Shown: positions 19,756-29,430, counted from the stretch's first letter. The stretch is DNA of 64,000 nt from Deltaproteobacteria bacterium (GCA_040218735.1 JAVJQW010000017.1:352001-416000); one strand, 5' to 3'. Notes: generated by a model not told the origin, from the letters alone. Numbers and translations are program-made.

Positions 19756-21206
19756 TCGGTCTCGTGCTCGTTCTGGCGGCGGCGTCGCCGGACGTCGCGT
19801 CGCTGGAGCCCGCCGTCGAAGCGTTGATGCGCGAGCTGCCCAAGGGTTGGGTGCTCGAGCGCAAGGGGTTGCCAGCGGGGATGCGCGGCGCGGCGATCGG
19901 ACCGGACGGCGAGCGGGTGTCGGTCTCGATCCTCTCGGCAGCCGTGACGGCGGATCTGGTCGCCTCGTCCGAGGCGCGGGCGTGGCTGATCGACGCCCTC
20001 GGCGTGAAGGGGGGCGAGGTCGAGACGGGCGGGCCGCTGGGGGCGGTCGTCGTGTCGGGGCGCCTGGACGGCGGCCGGACGTTGTTGGCGTGGATCTTGG
20101 CGCCGCGGTACCTGGTGACCTGGATCGGCCCTCCGAGGCGGGCGGGGGCGGCCAAGAAGCGCGCGTACCGGCTCGCGGAGCGTCTTCGCGGGCGGGGATC
20201 CAAGAGGTCGGTCAGCGATGGTAGGCTGACGGGAGCCGTTTTGAGTGACCGCGACCGAAAGCGACGTAAGCGCCCCGCCGGAAACGAGCAGCTGCCGCAG
20301 GAGACGATGCCTGCGCAGGGCTCGCAGATGTTCTCCGGGAAAGCGGGCATGATGCGCCTGCCCGACACGATCGAGTCGGGACGTCGCGCCGCGCCGGAGG
20401 GCGCGCGCACGCCGAAGAGCGCGCGACAGTCGTGGTCGCCGCCGGCCGGTTCTTCGCCGGCGCCGACGTCGACGCCTCAGAACCGCGCGCTGGTGAAGGG
20501 CCAGACGATCTCGCTGACGGACACCGCGATCAGCGCGATGCCGTCGGACTCGAAGGACCTCGTGTTGCTGCACGAGCGCGACGGGACGTTTGCTTCGGAG
20601 CTTCGGATCCTCGCGACGCGGATGGAGGACCTGAAGAACCGGCTCGGCTACAAGTCGTTCCTCGTGACGTCGGTGGGTGACGGGGACGGCAAAACCGTCG
20701 CGGCCTCGAACCTGGCGCTCGCGATGAGCGAGGACTCGGACCGAAAGATCGCGCTGGTCGACGCCAACTTCCGGAACCCGCGCGCCGCGGATCTGTTCAA
20801 CCTCGACAAGCGGCGTGGCCTGCTCGGCGCGCTGAAAGGTGAGTACCCGCTCTCGCAGTGTGTGGCGCGGGTGCTCGGTCGTAACCTGATCGTGCTGCAC
20901 GCGGGCGGCAACCACGACAACCCGGCGTCGATCCTGTCATCGCCGAAGTTCAAGTCGCTCCTCGCGGAGCTGTATCAGGCGGTGGACTTCATGATCGTGG
21001 ACGCGCCGTCGGCGATTCCGTACGCGGACGTCCCGTTGCTCACGCAGCACGTGGACGCCGTGTTGATGGTGGGTGCGGCGCACCGCACGCGTCGGGCGAA
21101 GCTCGACGAAGCGCTCGAGACGGTCGGTCGCGCGCGTGTGGTGGGGAGCATCTTCATGGAGCGCTCCAAGAAGGACGCGAAGAAGGCGAGTGCTGGGGCT
21201 TCTTGA
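19752..21206 (+). CDS. CpsD/CapB (BY-kinase/Wzc C-terminal) family P-loop protein with unusual N-terminal extension
   Basis: LVTSVGDGDGKTVAASNLA (Walker A), ALVDANFRNP (A'), FMIVDAPS (B). Confidence 0.8.
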   Translation: MIGLVLVLAAASPDVASLEPAVEALMRELPKGWVLERKGLPAGMRGAAIGPDGERVSVSILSAAVTADLVASSEARAWLIDALGVKGGEVETGGPLGAVVVSGRLDGGRTLLAWILAPRYLVTWIGPPRRAGAAKKRAYRLAERLRGRGSKRSVSDGRLTGAVLSDRDRKRRKRPAGNEQLPQETMPAQGSQMFSGKAGMMRLPDTIESGRRAAPEGARTPKSARQSWSPPAGSSPAPTSTPQNRALVKGQTISLTDTAISAMPSDSKDLVLLHERDGTFASELRILATRMEDLKNRLGYKSFLVTSVGDGDGKTVAASNLALAMSEDSDRKIALVDANFRNPRAADLFNLDKRRGLLGALKGEYPLSQCVARVLGRNLIVLHAGGNHDNPASILSSPKFKSLLAELYQAVDFMIVDAPSAIPYADVPLLTQHVDAVLMVGAAHRTRRAKLDEALETVGRARVVGSIFMERSKKDAKKASAGAS

Positions 21207-22077
21207 ACGAACGCGCGCGCTCGCACGCGGGGACGGCAAACTCTCGACCGTCGTCAACGCGATGACCGTCGACGTCGAAGAGTATTTCACGGTCCAGAAC
21301 CTCGACGAGCTCGTGCCGCGCGACCGCTGGTCGGCGCAGCCGCTGCGGAGTGATCTGCAGACGGGGCGTCTGTTGGATCTGTTCGACGAACACGGCGTGA
21401 AGGCGACGTTCTTCTGCCTCGGGTGGGTCGTGGAGCGGCAGCCGGCGTTGGTGCGTGAGATCCACGAGCGCGGCCACGAAGTCGCGTCGCACTCACACTG
21501 GCACCGGTTGGTGTTCGACCTGAAGCCGGAGGAGTTCCGCGAGGACACGAAGCGGAACAAGGCGTTCCTCGAAGACACGATCGGCGCCGAGGTGATCGGC
21601 TATCGTGCGCCGACGTACTCGGTGACGCGCGAGTCGCTGTGGGCGCACGAGATCTTGGTGGAGCTGGGGTTCCGGTACTCGTCGTCGATCTTCCCGATCG
21701 TGCACGACCGCTACGGCATCCCGGACTACCCGCGGTTCCCGATCGAGCTGGACGTCGGCGGCGCGAAGCTCTGGGAGTTCCCGCTGACGACGCTCCGGGT
21801 GTTGGGCCGGAACCTCCCGGTCGCGGGCGGCGGTTATCTGCGTTTGTTGCCGGCACGCAGCGTCGCCGCGGCGCTCGCGCGCGTGAACAATGCGGAGGGG
21901 CACCCGGCGATCCTGTATCTGCACCCGTGGGAGATCGACCCGGAGATCCCGAAGTTCCGGCAGGGGTTGTTGAAGGACACGCGCGGCTACATCGGCCTCG
22001 ACGGGATGCTCGACAAACTCGACTTGCTCATGTCGGTGCTGGAGTTCACGACGACGCGCCGGGTGCTCGGCCTGTGA
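21190..22077 (+). CDS. Polysaccharide deacetylase, XrtA/PEP-CTERM-system type (DUF3473)
   Basis: NAMTVDVEEYF, KATFFCLGWV, GHEVASHS, GYRAPTYS, GGGYLRL and YLHPWEIDP motifs. Confidence 0.92.
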   Translation: MLGLLERTRALARGDGKLSTVVNAMTVDVEEYFTVQNLDELVPRDRWSAQPLRSDLQTGRLLDLFDEHGVKATFFCLGWVVERQPALVREIHERGHEVASHSHWHRLVFDLKPEEFREDTKRNKAFLEDTIGAEVIGYRAPTYSVTRESLWAHEILVELGFRYSSSIFPIVHDRYGIPDYPRFPIELDVGGAKLWEFPLTTLRVLGRNLPVAGGGYLRLLPARSVAAALARVNNAEGHPAILYLHPWEIDPEIPKFRQGLLKDTRGYIGLDGMLDKLDLLMSVLEFTTTRRVLGL

Positions 22078-22454
22078 AGAAGTCGCTCGACGCGCTCCTC
22101 GCCGCGGTCGAATTCCTCCCGAACCGCACCCCCGAGATGGCGTTCGAAGGCGGCGCCGAGGACGCCTTCGCCGAGGTCTCGGCGTATCGGGACGGCGCGA
22201 TCTACGTCGGGCATTACTCCGGCTCGAGCGAGTGGGAGCGGCACAACAACGGCGACGAGATCGTCATGGCGCTCGAGGGGCGAACGACGGTGGTGTTGTG
22301 GATCGACGGCGCCGAACAGCGCGTCGCGCTCGGCGCACGAGAGCTGGTCGTCGTGCCCGCGGGCGTGTGGCACCGGTTCGAGGGCTCGGAGGATCTGAAG
22401 GTCCTGACGGTGACGCCCCAGCCGACGGATCACCGGCTGGAGCGCCCGACTTAG
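22074..22454 (+). CDS. Cupin domain protein
   Basis: WERHNNGDE and VVPAGVWHRF motifs; GTGA overlap with the upstream gene. Confidence 0.88.
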   Translation: MKKSLDALLAAVEFLPNRTPEMAFEGGAEDAFAEVSAYRDGAIYVGHYSGSSEWERHNNGDEIVMALEGRTTVVLWIDGAEQRVALGARELVVVPAGVWHRFEGSEDLKVLTVTPQPTDHRLERPT

Positions 22455-22579
22455 CGCAGCTCGATCTCCACTTCGACCTCGTCCCCGTCGCCCTTCTCCC
22501 CGCGGATCTTCTTCGGCACCGCCAAGAGCGTCCGCCCCGACTTGTCGCGCCAGACGCTCGTCTCCCAGCGGCGGCCGTT
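22451..22579 (-). pseudogene. C-terminal remnant of a DUF1905-family gene
   Basis: Minus frame reads NGRRWETSVWRDKSGRTLLAVPKKIRGEKGDGDEVEVEIELR*; no start codon, and the 5' part is replaced by the end of the 22578-24644 gene. Confidence 0.6.
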
Positions 22580-24644
22580 AGATACCGCCGCAGGTGCCTC
22601 CGATACAGAGCTCGCCGTCGCAGCACTGCTCGTTGTTGGAGCAGGGGTCGCCGAGCTCGCCGCAGGCGCCCTCCGGTTGGCAGACCGAGTCGCCCATCGG
22701 GCCGGGCGCGCAGTCGCCGCTGCAGCACTCGGCGTCGACGCCGCAGGCTTCGTCTTCCATGCGGCACGCCTGCGGCGCCCAGTACGCGGAGATGTTCAGC
22801 GAGCCGGTGTTCTGCCCCGGGAGCCAGTACGGGACCTGGCTCGGGTCACTGCCCGACGTGGCGTTCAGGTCGATTGCCGTGACCCAGATCTGCTGCCGCC
22901 GCGTCCCGCGCGTGCCGGCGACGTTGTTGCCGTAGTCGCGCCGCGACAGGAACGTCATCCACAGGTAGCCGTCCTGCACGAACGGCGAGAAGTTCGGCTG
23001 GAAGTTGTCGGTGCCCGCGCCGCACGCGTTGTCGAGGCGGACGAGGCCCGAGCCGTCCGGACGGATCATGTAGAGCGCGCTCTGCCCCGACTCACTGCGC
23101 GACGAGTTGCCGTGCGCAAACGCGAGCCACTGCGAGTCCGGCGACCACGTCGGGTACGACGCCGCGAGGCCGGCGGGCGGTCCGGCCGGCACCGTCCCAG
23201 TCATCACGAGCATCGGCTCGCCGAAGCTGTCCATCCCCGTCACCGGCACCACGAACAGGTCGCTCACCGTGTTCGCGCCGCCCCAGTTGTTGGCGTTGCC
23301 GGTGTACGCGATCATCGAGCCGTCCGGCGACCACGACGGGTGGGTCACCGGCCCCGTCGGCAGCGATCCACCGAGCGGCGGGATGAGCTGGCCGGTGAAC
23401 GGATCGAGCAGCTCGAGCGCGCGCGGACCGCCCTGCTCCCACGTCGAAACGATGACGCGTGTGTCGGTCGGATCCCACGACGAGAACCACCAGTGCGTCG
23501 TCGTGCTCGTCACCGGGAACAACGTCGGCGGCGGAGCCGTAGTCAGATCCTCCGTCAGGTCGAACACCGCGCCGACGTTTTCACCGCCGCCGAGGCGACC
23601 GGCCATGTAGCGACCGTTGTTGGAGACGCTGTGGCAACCCACACAGCCCTGCTGCGGGCTCGGCATGAACTCGTCGCGCATCCCCGTGTCGTCGTCGATG
23701 CGGACGATGCGCCCTCGCGCGATGTCCCAGTAGTACACCGAGCCCTGGAGCGCAGCGCGCGCGAAGCGGACCTGCACCGGCGTGCCCGCGATGATCTCAC
23801 CGGTCGTCGCGTCGTAGCGCTCGACGACGATCGTCGCCCACTCGTCCGGCTCGCTCTGCGCGATGCGGCGCCACGCAGCGAGATCGACCGTCCAGTTGTT
23901 CTGCCCCACCGCGTAGAACGCGAGCACACTCACGTTCGGCTTCGACAGCGTGATCCGGAACGCGTCCTGCGCACCACCGCGGAGCCACTGCACGTTGGCC
24001 GGGCTCACGTTCTGCGGCATCACCGCGCCGTCGAGCGGGTACACGATCTGCGCCTCGCGGTTCGGGTCGTTCACCCGCGGCGCGTTCTCGAAGAGCGGCG
24101 GCACCGTCGTCGACGTGCCCGGCACGAGGATCGTCGTCTCCAGCAAGATGCGGAGGTCCGCCTCCCCTTCGATGCCGTCGACGTTCGCGACGACGCGCCC
24201 TTCCCCACCGACGCGCCCGTTCGCCGTGAAAACGAGCGTCGAGGGATCGATCGTCCCGAGCACCGCCGGGTCGACCGTCATCTGCGGCATCGCCACCGCG
24301 AGCGTGCTTCCGTCCGCGCGCATGGCCGATACGGAGAACGCCTGCGTGGGTTGGTCGCCGTCGCGCGACAACAACGTCGCGGTCGTCGGCGTCACCGTGA
24401 CTTCGACGATCGGGAAACCGCCGTCGCGCTCGGGGCCCCCGTCGCGACCGGGACCGCCGTCGCGCGGCGGATCTCCCGCGTCGCGCGCGGTGTCGTCGCC
24501 GGCGTCGCGAACCCCGGTGTCCTTCGTCGTGCTCGAGCCGGCGTCGCGGGAGGTGCCGTCGTCGTCGCCCGTTCCGTCATCGTCGCCTCCGCTACAGGCG
24601 AAGCAGAGGGCGGCGAGCGTCGACACGAGGAAGCGCGTATTCAC
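22578..24644 (-). CDS. Lipoprotein with Ig-like domain, TolB/PD40 beta-propeller and Cys-rich tail
   Basis: Lipobox LCFAC; HPSWSPDGSMIAY, YPTWSPDSQWLAF and QPNFSP repeats; CVGCH; DPS-x-VPYWLPGQ. Confidence 0.85.
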   Translation of the reverse strand: MNTRFLVSTLAALCFACSGGDDDGTGDDDGTSRDAGSSTTKDTGVRDAGDDTARDAGDPPRDGGPGRDGGPERDGGFPIVEVTVTPTTATLLSRDGDQPTQAFSVSAMRADGSTLAVAMPQMTVDPAVLGTIDPSTLVFTANGRVGGEGRVVANVDGIEGEADLRILLETTILVPGTSTTVPPLFENAPRVNDPNREAQIVYPLDGAVMPQNVSPANVQWLRGGAQDAFRITLSKPNVSVLAFYAVGQNNWTVDLAAWRRIAQSEPDEWATIVVERYDATTGEIIAGTPVQVRFARAALQGSVYYWDIARGRIVRIDDDTGMRDEFMPSPQQGCVGCHSVSNNGRYMAGRLGGGENVGAVFDLTEDLTTAPPPTLFPVTSTTTHWWFSSWDPTDTRVIVSTWEQGGPRALELLDPFTGQLIPPLGGSLPTGPVTHPSWSPDGSMIAYTGNANNWGGANTVSDLFVVPVTGMDSFGEPMLVMTGTVPAGPPAGLAASYPTWSPDSQWLAFAHGNSSRSESGQSALYMIRPDGSGLVRLDNACGAGTDNFQPNFSPFVQDGYLWMTFLSRRDYGNNVAGTRGTRRQQIWVTAIDLNATSGSDPSQVPYWLPGQNTGSLNISAYWAPQACRMEDEACGVDAECCSGDCAPGPMGDSVCQPEGACGELGDPCSNNEQCCDGELCIGGTCGGI

Positions 24645-24713
24645 GGGTTCAACGCTAGCGGAATCCCGACGTCGTTAGAACGGGCGCACATGTGCGATGC
24701 GTCTACCGGCCGA

Positions 24714-26807
24714 TCACGGCGCCGCGCACGCCCCCGTCGCACCCTGTTTCGCGGACTCGGAGAGCGCCCCCGGGAAGCCTTGGGACAGGTCGGTGAGCGT
24801 GCGGGTCCCGGGGAGCTCCTCCGCCGGGAAGTAGACATCGGGCGGGATGGAAGCGTTGCGCGGATCGACGACACCGCTGCCGTGGTTGAGGCTCCGAACG
24901 GCCGCCCAGGGAAGCGCAGTCTCCCACGCCGCGAACGCGTGGACCTCGTACCCTCCGTAGACGAACGGCGCGGCGCTCGTCGACAGGCGCCGGGGGAACG
25001 GGACCTCGCGGTCGTCGGCCACGCCGACGTCCTCGAGCCCGCGCGAGGACACCTTCGGCCACCGGTAGATCGTGACGCGATCGGCGTTGCTCGGCTGAGT
25101 GCCGTCGTACACGAAGACCCACTGGGCGTCGTTCAGCGGGACGTTCGCCGCCGACGCGGTCCGCCACGCGCCGTCGTCGAAGATCGACACGACGACGCGC
25201 GCCCCCTTCAACTCGGCACGTATCACCCCGGCCTGCTCGAACAGCAGCACGTGGTCGAAGCGCGGGATCGCGGTGTGCAGCATCACCGTCGCCTTCTCGA
25301 GGCCCGACAGCGCCGGCCCCGACGGGTTGTTCCAGCCGCCCCCGATCGTCACCGTGCCTTCGCGGGTCGTGTAGCAGTTTGCGTACGGCAGCAGCCCGCC
25401 GTCGCGCAGCGCAGCGAGCTCCTCCACGGAAGCATCCCGCGGCGACGCGCCCTCCAAGCGGCGCGACACCGGCCAGCACCACTGGTCGCCGAGCGGGAGC
25501 CCCGCGTCATCGACGTTGCCCATCGCCCAGGGAGCATCCACTGAAGGGAATCGCTTGAATGGACTCCGCCAGTTGCACCCCGGATACGTCCGCCCCGTCC
25601 CGTACGGCCCCGCGTCGCCCTTGTCCGCGACTCCGACCCACGCGCGGTCGGAGGGGGTGCGGTCGAGCTTCAGCCGAAGCCGACACTCCACCCCCGCGTC
25701 ACACGGCTCGGCCGTCACCGCTTCGATCCGCGGCGTCTCGAAGTCTCCGTAGACGCGAAAGCCGCCTTGCGGCTGAGGCTCCGTCGCCACCACGTCACGA
25801 ACGATCGGCGGATCGAAGCGACACCCGTCCGGGCTCCCTCGCTCGTCGCTCCCGTACGCGCGGCACGGAACGAAGAACGTGCAGTCGACGTCCTGCTCCG
25901 TCACGAGCCGACACGACTGCATCAACAGCGGCGTCCACGACCCGCTCCCGAACACCACCTCGTAACCGGCGCGCGCCATCCCGCCCGCCATGATGATCTG
26001 CCCCGTCCCCGAGTTGTGGAGGTTGTCGACCGGGTTCACCGGGACGTGCGCGCCCTGGTTGGCGCCGAGGTACACGTGCGGCAACCGCTCGGCGCATGCG
26101 ACCATCGCGTTCGTGAACGGCGTCTCGTCGATCGTGCCCGCGCGAACCCAGCGCTGCTCACCCATGATGATCATCGCGAGCGCATCGCCGCCGTCGTCGT
26201 AGCCGGGGATGCGCCGCCAGTGGGTCTCGAGGTCCGAGCGCAGCCGCTCGAGCCCGTCGCACCAGACCTCCGGGTCCCCGAGCTTGAGGATGTCCGCGTA
26301 GCCCTGCAGGTAGAAGACGACCGGGATGCGCTCGACCCCCGCGAGGCGCACCGCGGTCGCCGCGTTGTCGAGCATGCCCTGGCAGACCGGCGAAGGTTTG
26401 AACGCCCCTTCGTCGTCGCGGCAGTCGATCTGATCCAACCGCGCGCCCCCCTCCGCCGCCCACACACTCACCGCCGGCGGACGCTCGGAATCAGGATCCG
26501 CATCGAGGTGAAGGCTCCACAGGTTGTGAATCAGCGGCGGCCCGATGCGCTCTTCGATCTGCCCGCTGTGTCGGTTGTCGAGCGGGAAGAGATCCCCGCG
26601 CAAGGCCTCTTGCAGCCCGTAGCTCGCCTCGTCGGTGATGCGCGGGAAGTGGTTCGCCTGGTCGTTCGCCCAGCTCTGCCCCATCACGCCGATCCCCAGC
26701 GTGCCAGGGCGCTTCTCCTCGCGCGCGCCCTGCCCGTCACCACGTTTGCAGAGACGCGCGCACGACATCAGCGCGAGGAGCGCGACGAACCCGACCCAGC
26801 GGCGCAC
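24714..26807 (-). CDS. SGNH/sialate O-acetylesterase-like lipoprotein with C-terminal LamG-like domain
   Basis: GVMGQSW, EGGA, YLQGYAD and DNLHNS block motifs; QWVFVYDG...VTIY LamG-like strands. Confidence 0.65.
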   Translation of the reverse strand: MRRWVGFVALLALMSCARLCKRGDGQGAREEKRPGTLGIGVMGQSWANDQANHFPRITDEASYGLQEALRGDLFPLDNRHSGQIEERIGPPLIHNLWSLHLDADPDSERPPAVSVWAAEGGARLDQIDCRDDEGAFKPSPVCQGMLDNAATAVRLAGVERIPVVFYLQGYADILKLGDPEVWCDGLERLRSDLETHWRRIPGYDDGGDALAMIIMGEQRWVRAGTIDETPFTNAMVACAERLPHVYLGANQGAHVPVNPVDNLHNSGTGQIIMAGGMARAGYEVVFGSGSWTPLLMQSCRLVTEQDVDCTFFVPCRAYGSDERGSPDGCRFDPPIVRDVVATEPQPQGGFRVYGDFETPRIEAVTAEPCDAGVECRLRLKLDRTPSDRAWVGVADKGDAGPYGTGRTYPGCNWRSPFKRFPSVDAPWAMGNVDDAGLPLGDQWCWPVSRRLEGASPRDASVEELAALRDGGLLPYANCYTTREGTVTIGGGWNNPSGPALSGLEKATVMLHTAIPRFDHVLLFEQAGVIRAELKGARVVVSIFDDGAWRTASAANVPLNDAQWVFVYDGTQPSNADRVTIYRWPKVSSRGLEDVGVADDREVPFPRRLSTSAAPFVYGGYEVHAFAAWETALPWAAVRSLNHGSGVVDPRNASIPPDVYFPAEELPGTRTLTDLSQGFPGALSESAKQGATGACAAP

Positions 26808-26821
26808 GGCCGCATCGTACG

Positions 26822-28255
26822 TCAGTTACCGCACGAGTACTCACCGAACGGCGGGTAGTGCGCGATGAAGAGGTAACACATCTCGTCGGTCGTCCCCTCG
26901 CCGAAGCGCGTCGTGCCGGTACGCGGTGTCGTGTCCCAGATGCACGTCGCGCGGAGGGTGTCGCCCGCGTTGAAGTCCCAGTTGGCCGGGTACGAGACCT
27001 GCGACTCGAACGCAAACGTCGGCACGTCCGCAATCAGCTGCGGCGTCCCGTTGCGCACCACCTCCATGCGCGCGCCCTTCCCGAGCAGGTGCATGTGCGG
27101 GCTGTACGAGAAGACGTGCATCGGCCGCTCGAGCTGGCAGTCACCGCTGCGCTCCACGGCCGGCTGGCCCGGTGGCAGCGAGAAGTTCTCGAGGCCGACG
27201 CCGAGCACCGCCGCGTCGTTCGGTCGCAGCCGCCGCGTCGCCTTGAACATCATCCCCGACGCGTCGAGGTACGTGTCGTTCGTCGGGTTGTTGTAGTGCA
27301 CCTGCACGACGAGGTGATCGCCGTTCTCCAAACGCACGCCGGCCTCCGGCGGGAGCACCATCGTCTGACCGCCCGGCGCCCACCCGTGCAGCAGCTCCCA
27401 GTCGTTCTGGAGCACAGTGTCCGCCGCGCAGAGGAAGCCAGTGCGCTCCTCGGGATAGTTCCGCCCACCGTCGCGGAAGAGGAGGATGTGGTGGAGCACC
27501 GTCGGCTCGTCGATCACCGGCGTGATCTCCACGGCGTGCAGCGGCACGTTGGTGTCGATGACGGTTCGGAAGCAGCCGTACTCGTCCGTGGCTCCGCCGC
27601 GCACCGCGGCGTTCGGGGCGACGACCGGGATCATCTCGAACGGCGCCTCCGGATCGGGACCCGGCTCCACGCCGGAGTCGGGCGGCGACGAACCGCCGTC
27701 GACGATCACCCCCGCGTCCGGCTTGGGCTCTTCGCTCGGCGGCGTCCCCTCCGGAGCACCCGCGGCGGACCACGCCTGGATCAGCGCGATCTCTTCGTCG
27801 GTGAGGTGGCCGTTCGCGACGGGCGGCATCGGCGGCCGGCCGGTGTTGCGCGCGATGCGCTCCGCGACGACCTCGTGCACCCGCTTCGACGGGTCCGACC
27901 GCGCCGGCGCGTGCACCTCGGCGTAGGTCGCCAGCGGCATCGGCGCCCCGTAGAGGGGCATCGAACCGTGGCATAGATGACACTGACCGCGGATCAAAGG
28001 CTCCACATCCTGCCACCAGGTCGGCGTCGGCCCGGTCGGCCCGGGGGGAGGATCCTGACCGGGCAGCCCCGCGTCGTGGGTGGGCGTCGGGCCGTCGTCG
28101 AGGATCCGTGGCGGTCGCTCCCCGTACTCGTAGTCGGGGACACACGCGAACACCAATGCGAAAACGGGCGCAAACAGGCCGATCCGAGCGAACGAACGTG
28201 TCGAACGCCCAGGTGAGGCGGGGTGGGGTCGGGTCGGGTCTCGAGTCACCAGCAC
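26822..28255 (-). CDS. Copper type II (PHM/DBH-like) monooxygenase fused to a c-type cytochrome domain, lipoprotein (start uncertain)
   Basis: LVFAC lipobox, CHLCH, VLHHILLF, WAPG, QVHYNN, PHMHLLG and DEMC motifs. Confidence 0.88.
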   Translation of the reverse strand: MLVTRDPTRPHPASPGRSTRSFARIGLFAPVFALVFACVPDYEYGERPPRILDDGPTPTHDAGLPGQDPPPGPTGPTPTWWQDVEPLIRGQCHLCHGSMPLYGAPMPLATYAEVHAPARSDPSKRVHEVVAERIARNTGRPPMPPVANGHLTDEEIALIQAWSAAGAPEGTPPSEEPKPDAGVIVDGGSSPPDSGVEPGPDPEAPFEMIPVVAPNAAVRGGATDEYGCFRTVIDTNVPLHAVEITPVIDEPTVLHHILLFRDGGRNYPEERTGFLCAADTVLQNDWELLHGWAPGGQTMVLPPEAGVRLENGDHLVVQVHYNNPTNDTYLDASGMMFKATRRLRPNDAAVLGVGLENFSLPPGQPAVERSGDCQLERPMHVFSYSPHMHLLGKGARMEVVRNGTPQLIADVPTFAFESQVSYPANWDFNAGDTLRATCIWDTTPRTGTTRFGEGTTDEMCYLFIAHYPPFGEYSCGN

Positions 28256-28370
28256 GAAGAGCGCTCCTCATCGTCGGGTGTCCTTGTGCCCGGGCGTTCT
28301 CCGCCCCGGCTTCGTTGGACACGCGACGCGGTAGAAAGAAGCAATCCGCGCGCCGGTCGGGTTCAGCGAT

Positions 28371-28889
28371 TCACTGACCGCGGCGTGCGCTCATCTCGTG
28401 GGCGATGTCGTTTCGCGCGGCGTCGTCGAGCAAACGTTCGACCGCCGGGAAGATCACGTTCTCCTCCCGCGCGAGGTGCACGCCGAGGTCGGCGTCGACC
28501 GTCGACGCGACGCGCGCGAGGTCGGCGCGAAGATCGCCGAGCCGCTCCGGCGCGTCCGCGAGCGCGCGACACAACGTGATGAGCTCGGCCACCGGTCCTT
28601 CGTGCGCGCGGTGCTCCTTCTCCATCTCGGCGAGCTCTGCATCCACCGCCGCGTCGCGCCCCTTCAGGCGCGGGAGCAGCGACTCGTCCTCGTCGGCGGT
28701 GTGCCTAGGCAGCGCTTGCGTGAAGTACTTCACGACACCCGACGCCGCCTCGCGGACGTCGTCCGGCGTTGCGTCCTGCGACTCGGCGAGCCGCACCGCC
28801 GTAGCGGAGAACTTCCTGAGTTTGTCGTGGCACTCCCGCAGTCGCCCCACGGGATCCGTCGCCGCCGCCTTCTTGCCGATGCCGATCAT
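28371..28889 (-). CDS. Hemerythrin (HHE) domain protein
   Basis: LRECHDKL, HTADEDESLLP, EHRAH and HLAREENVIFP motifs. Confidence 0.9.
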   Translation of the reverse strand: MIGIGKKAAATDPVGRLRECHDKLRKFSATAVRLAESQDATPDDVREAASGVVKYFTQALPRHTADEDESLLPRLKGRDAAVDAELAEMEKEHRAHEGPVAELITLCRALADAPERLGDLRADLARVASTVDADLGVHLAREENVIFPAVERLLDDAARNDIAHEMSARRGQ

Positions 28890-28914
28890 CGCGGACCACG
28901 TTCGCGCCAACGCT

Positions 28915-29430
28915 TCACGAGGACAAGGGGGACAGGTACCGCGCGCCGTCGAAACCGAAGCGTTGCACGGGGGCGTCGGGTCCTGCGGCGGGATCCAGCG
29001 TCATGACCCGGCACGTCGCGACCTCGTCGACGGCCGCGAGGAGCGCGGCTTCGAACGCCTCGACGACCGCCGCATCCGCGGTCACGCCGAGGAGCGCGAC
29101 GCCGATCGTCCCGCCCTGGAGCTGGATCTTCGCGACCGGCGTCTCGCCGCGGCGGACGACGAAGTCGACGACGAACAACGCATCGTCCACGTGTTCGACC
29201 GTGTCCGGATCCAGCGCGAGGCGACGGGTAGCGTCCTCCCCCCCGACCAGCGCACCGAGGCGCGCGAACACCCAGGACGCGACGGGCGCACCGTTCAGCT
29301 CCGGGAGGTGGGGGGTGAAGCGTTCGTCGAGATCCTCGACGGCGACGTCTTGTGGATCGTCGAGCTCGACCGCCGTGAACCCATCGTCCACGGCGAACGT
29401 GTAACCGCGCGCCTCGAAGAGGCCGAACAT
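28915..29430 (-). CDS. Hypothetical protein
   Basis: ATG at 29430 coupled to the stop of the S1-like gene; coding-like composition. Confidence 0.6.
   Translation of the reverse strand: MFGLFEARGYTFAVDDGFTAVELDDPQDVAVEDLDERFTPHLPELNGAPVASWVFARLGALVGGEDATRRLALDPDTVEHVDDALFVVDFVVRRGETPVAKIQLQGGTIGVALLGVTADAAVVEAFEAALLAAVDEVATCRVMTLDPAAGPDAPVQRFGFDGARYLSPLSS

Noticed and set aside
22578-24644. CVGCH as a heme c site in the propeller lipoprotein
   Set aside because: The motif sits at a propeller blade edge with no cytochrome-like context; heme binding cannot be supported from sequence alone
22542-25544. 1000-aa plus-strand ORF and similar long ORFs (10650-13130, 17637-19580, 30823-32751, 39563-41770, 48031-50226, 62062-63876)
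   Set aside because: Off-frame or antisense shadows typical of high-GC DNA, Arg/Ala/Gly-rich with no motifs, overlapping better-supported genes
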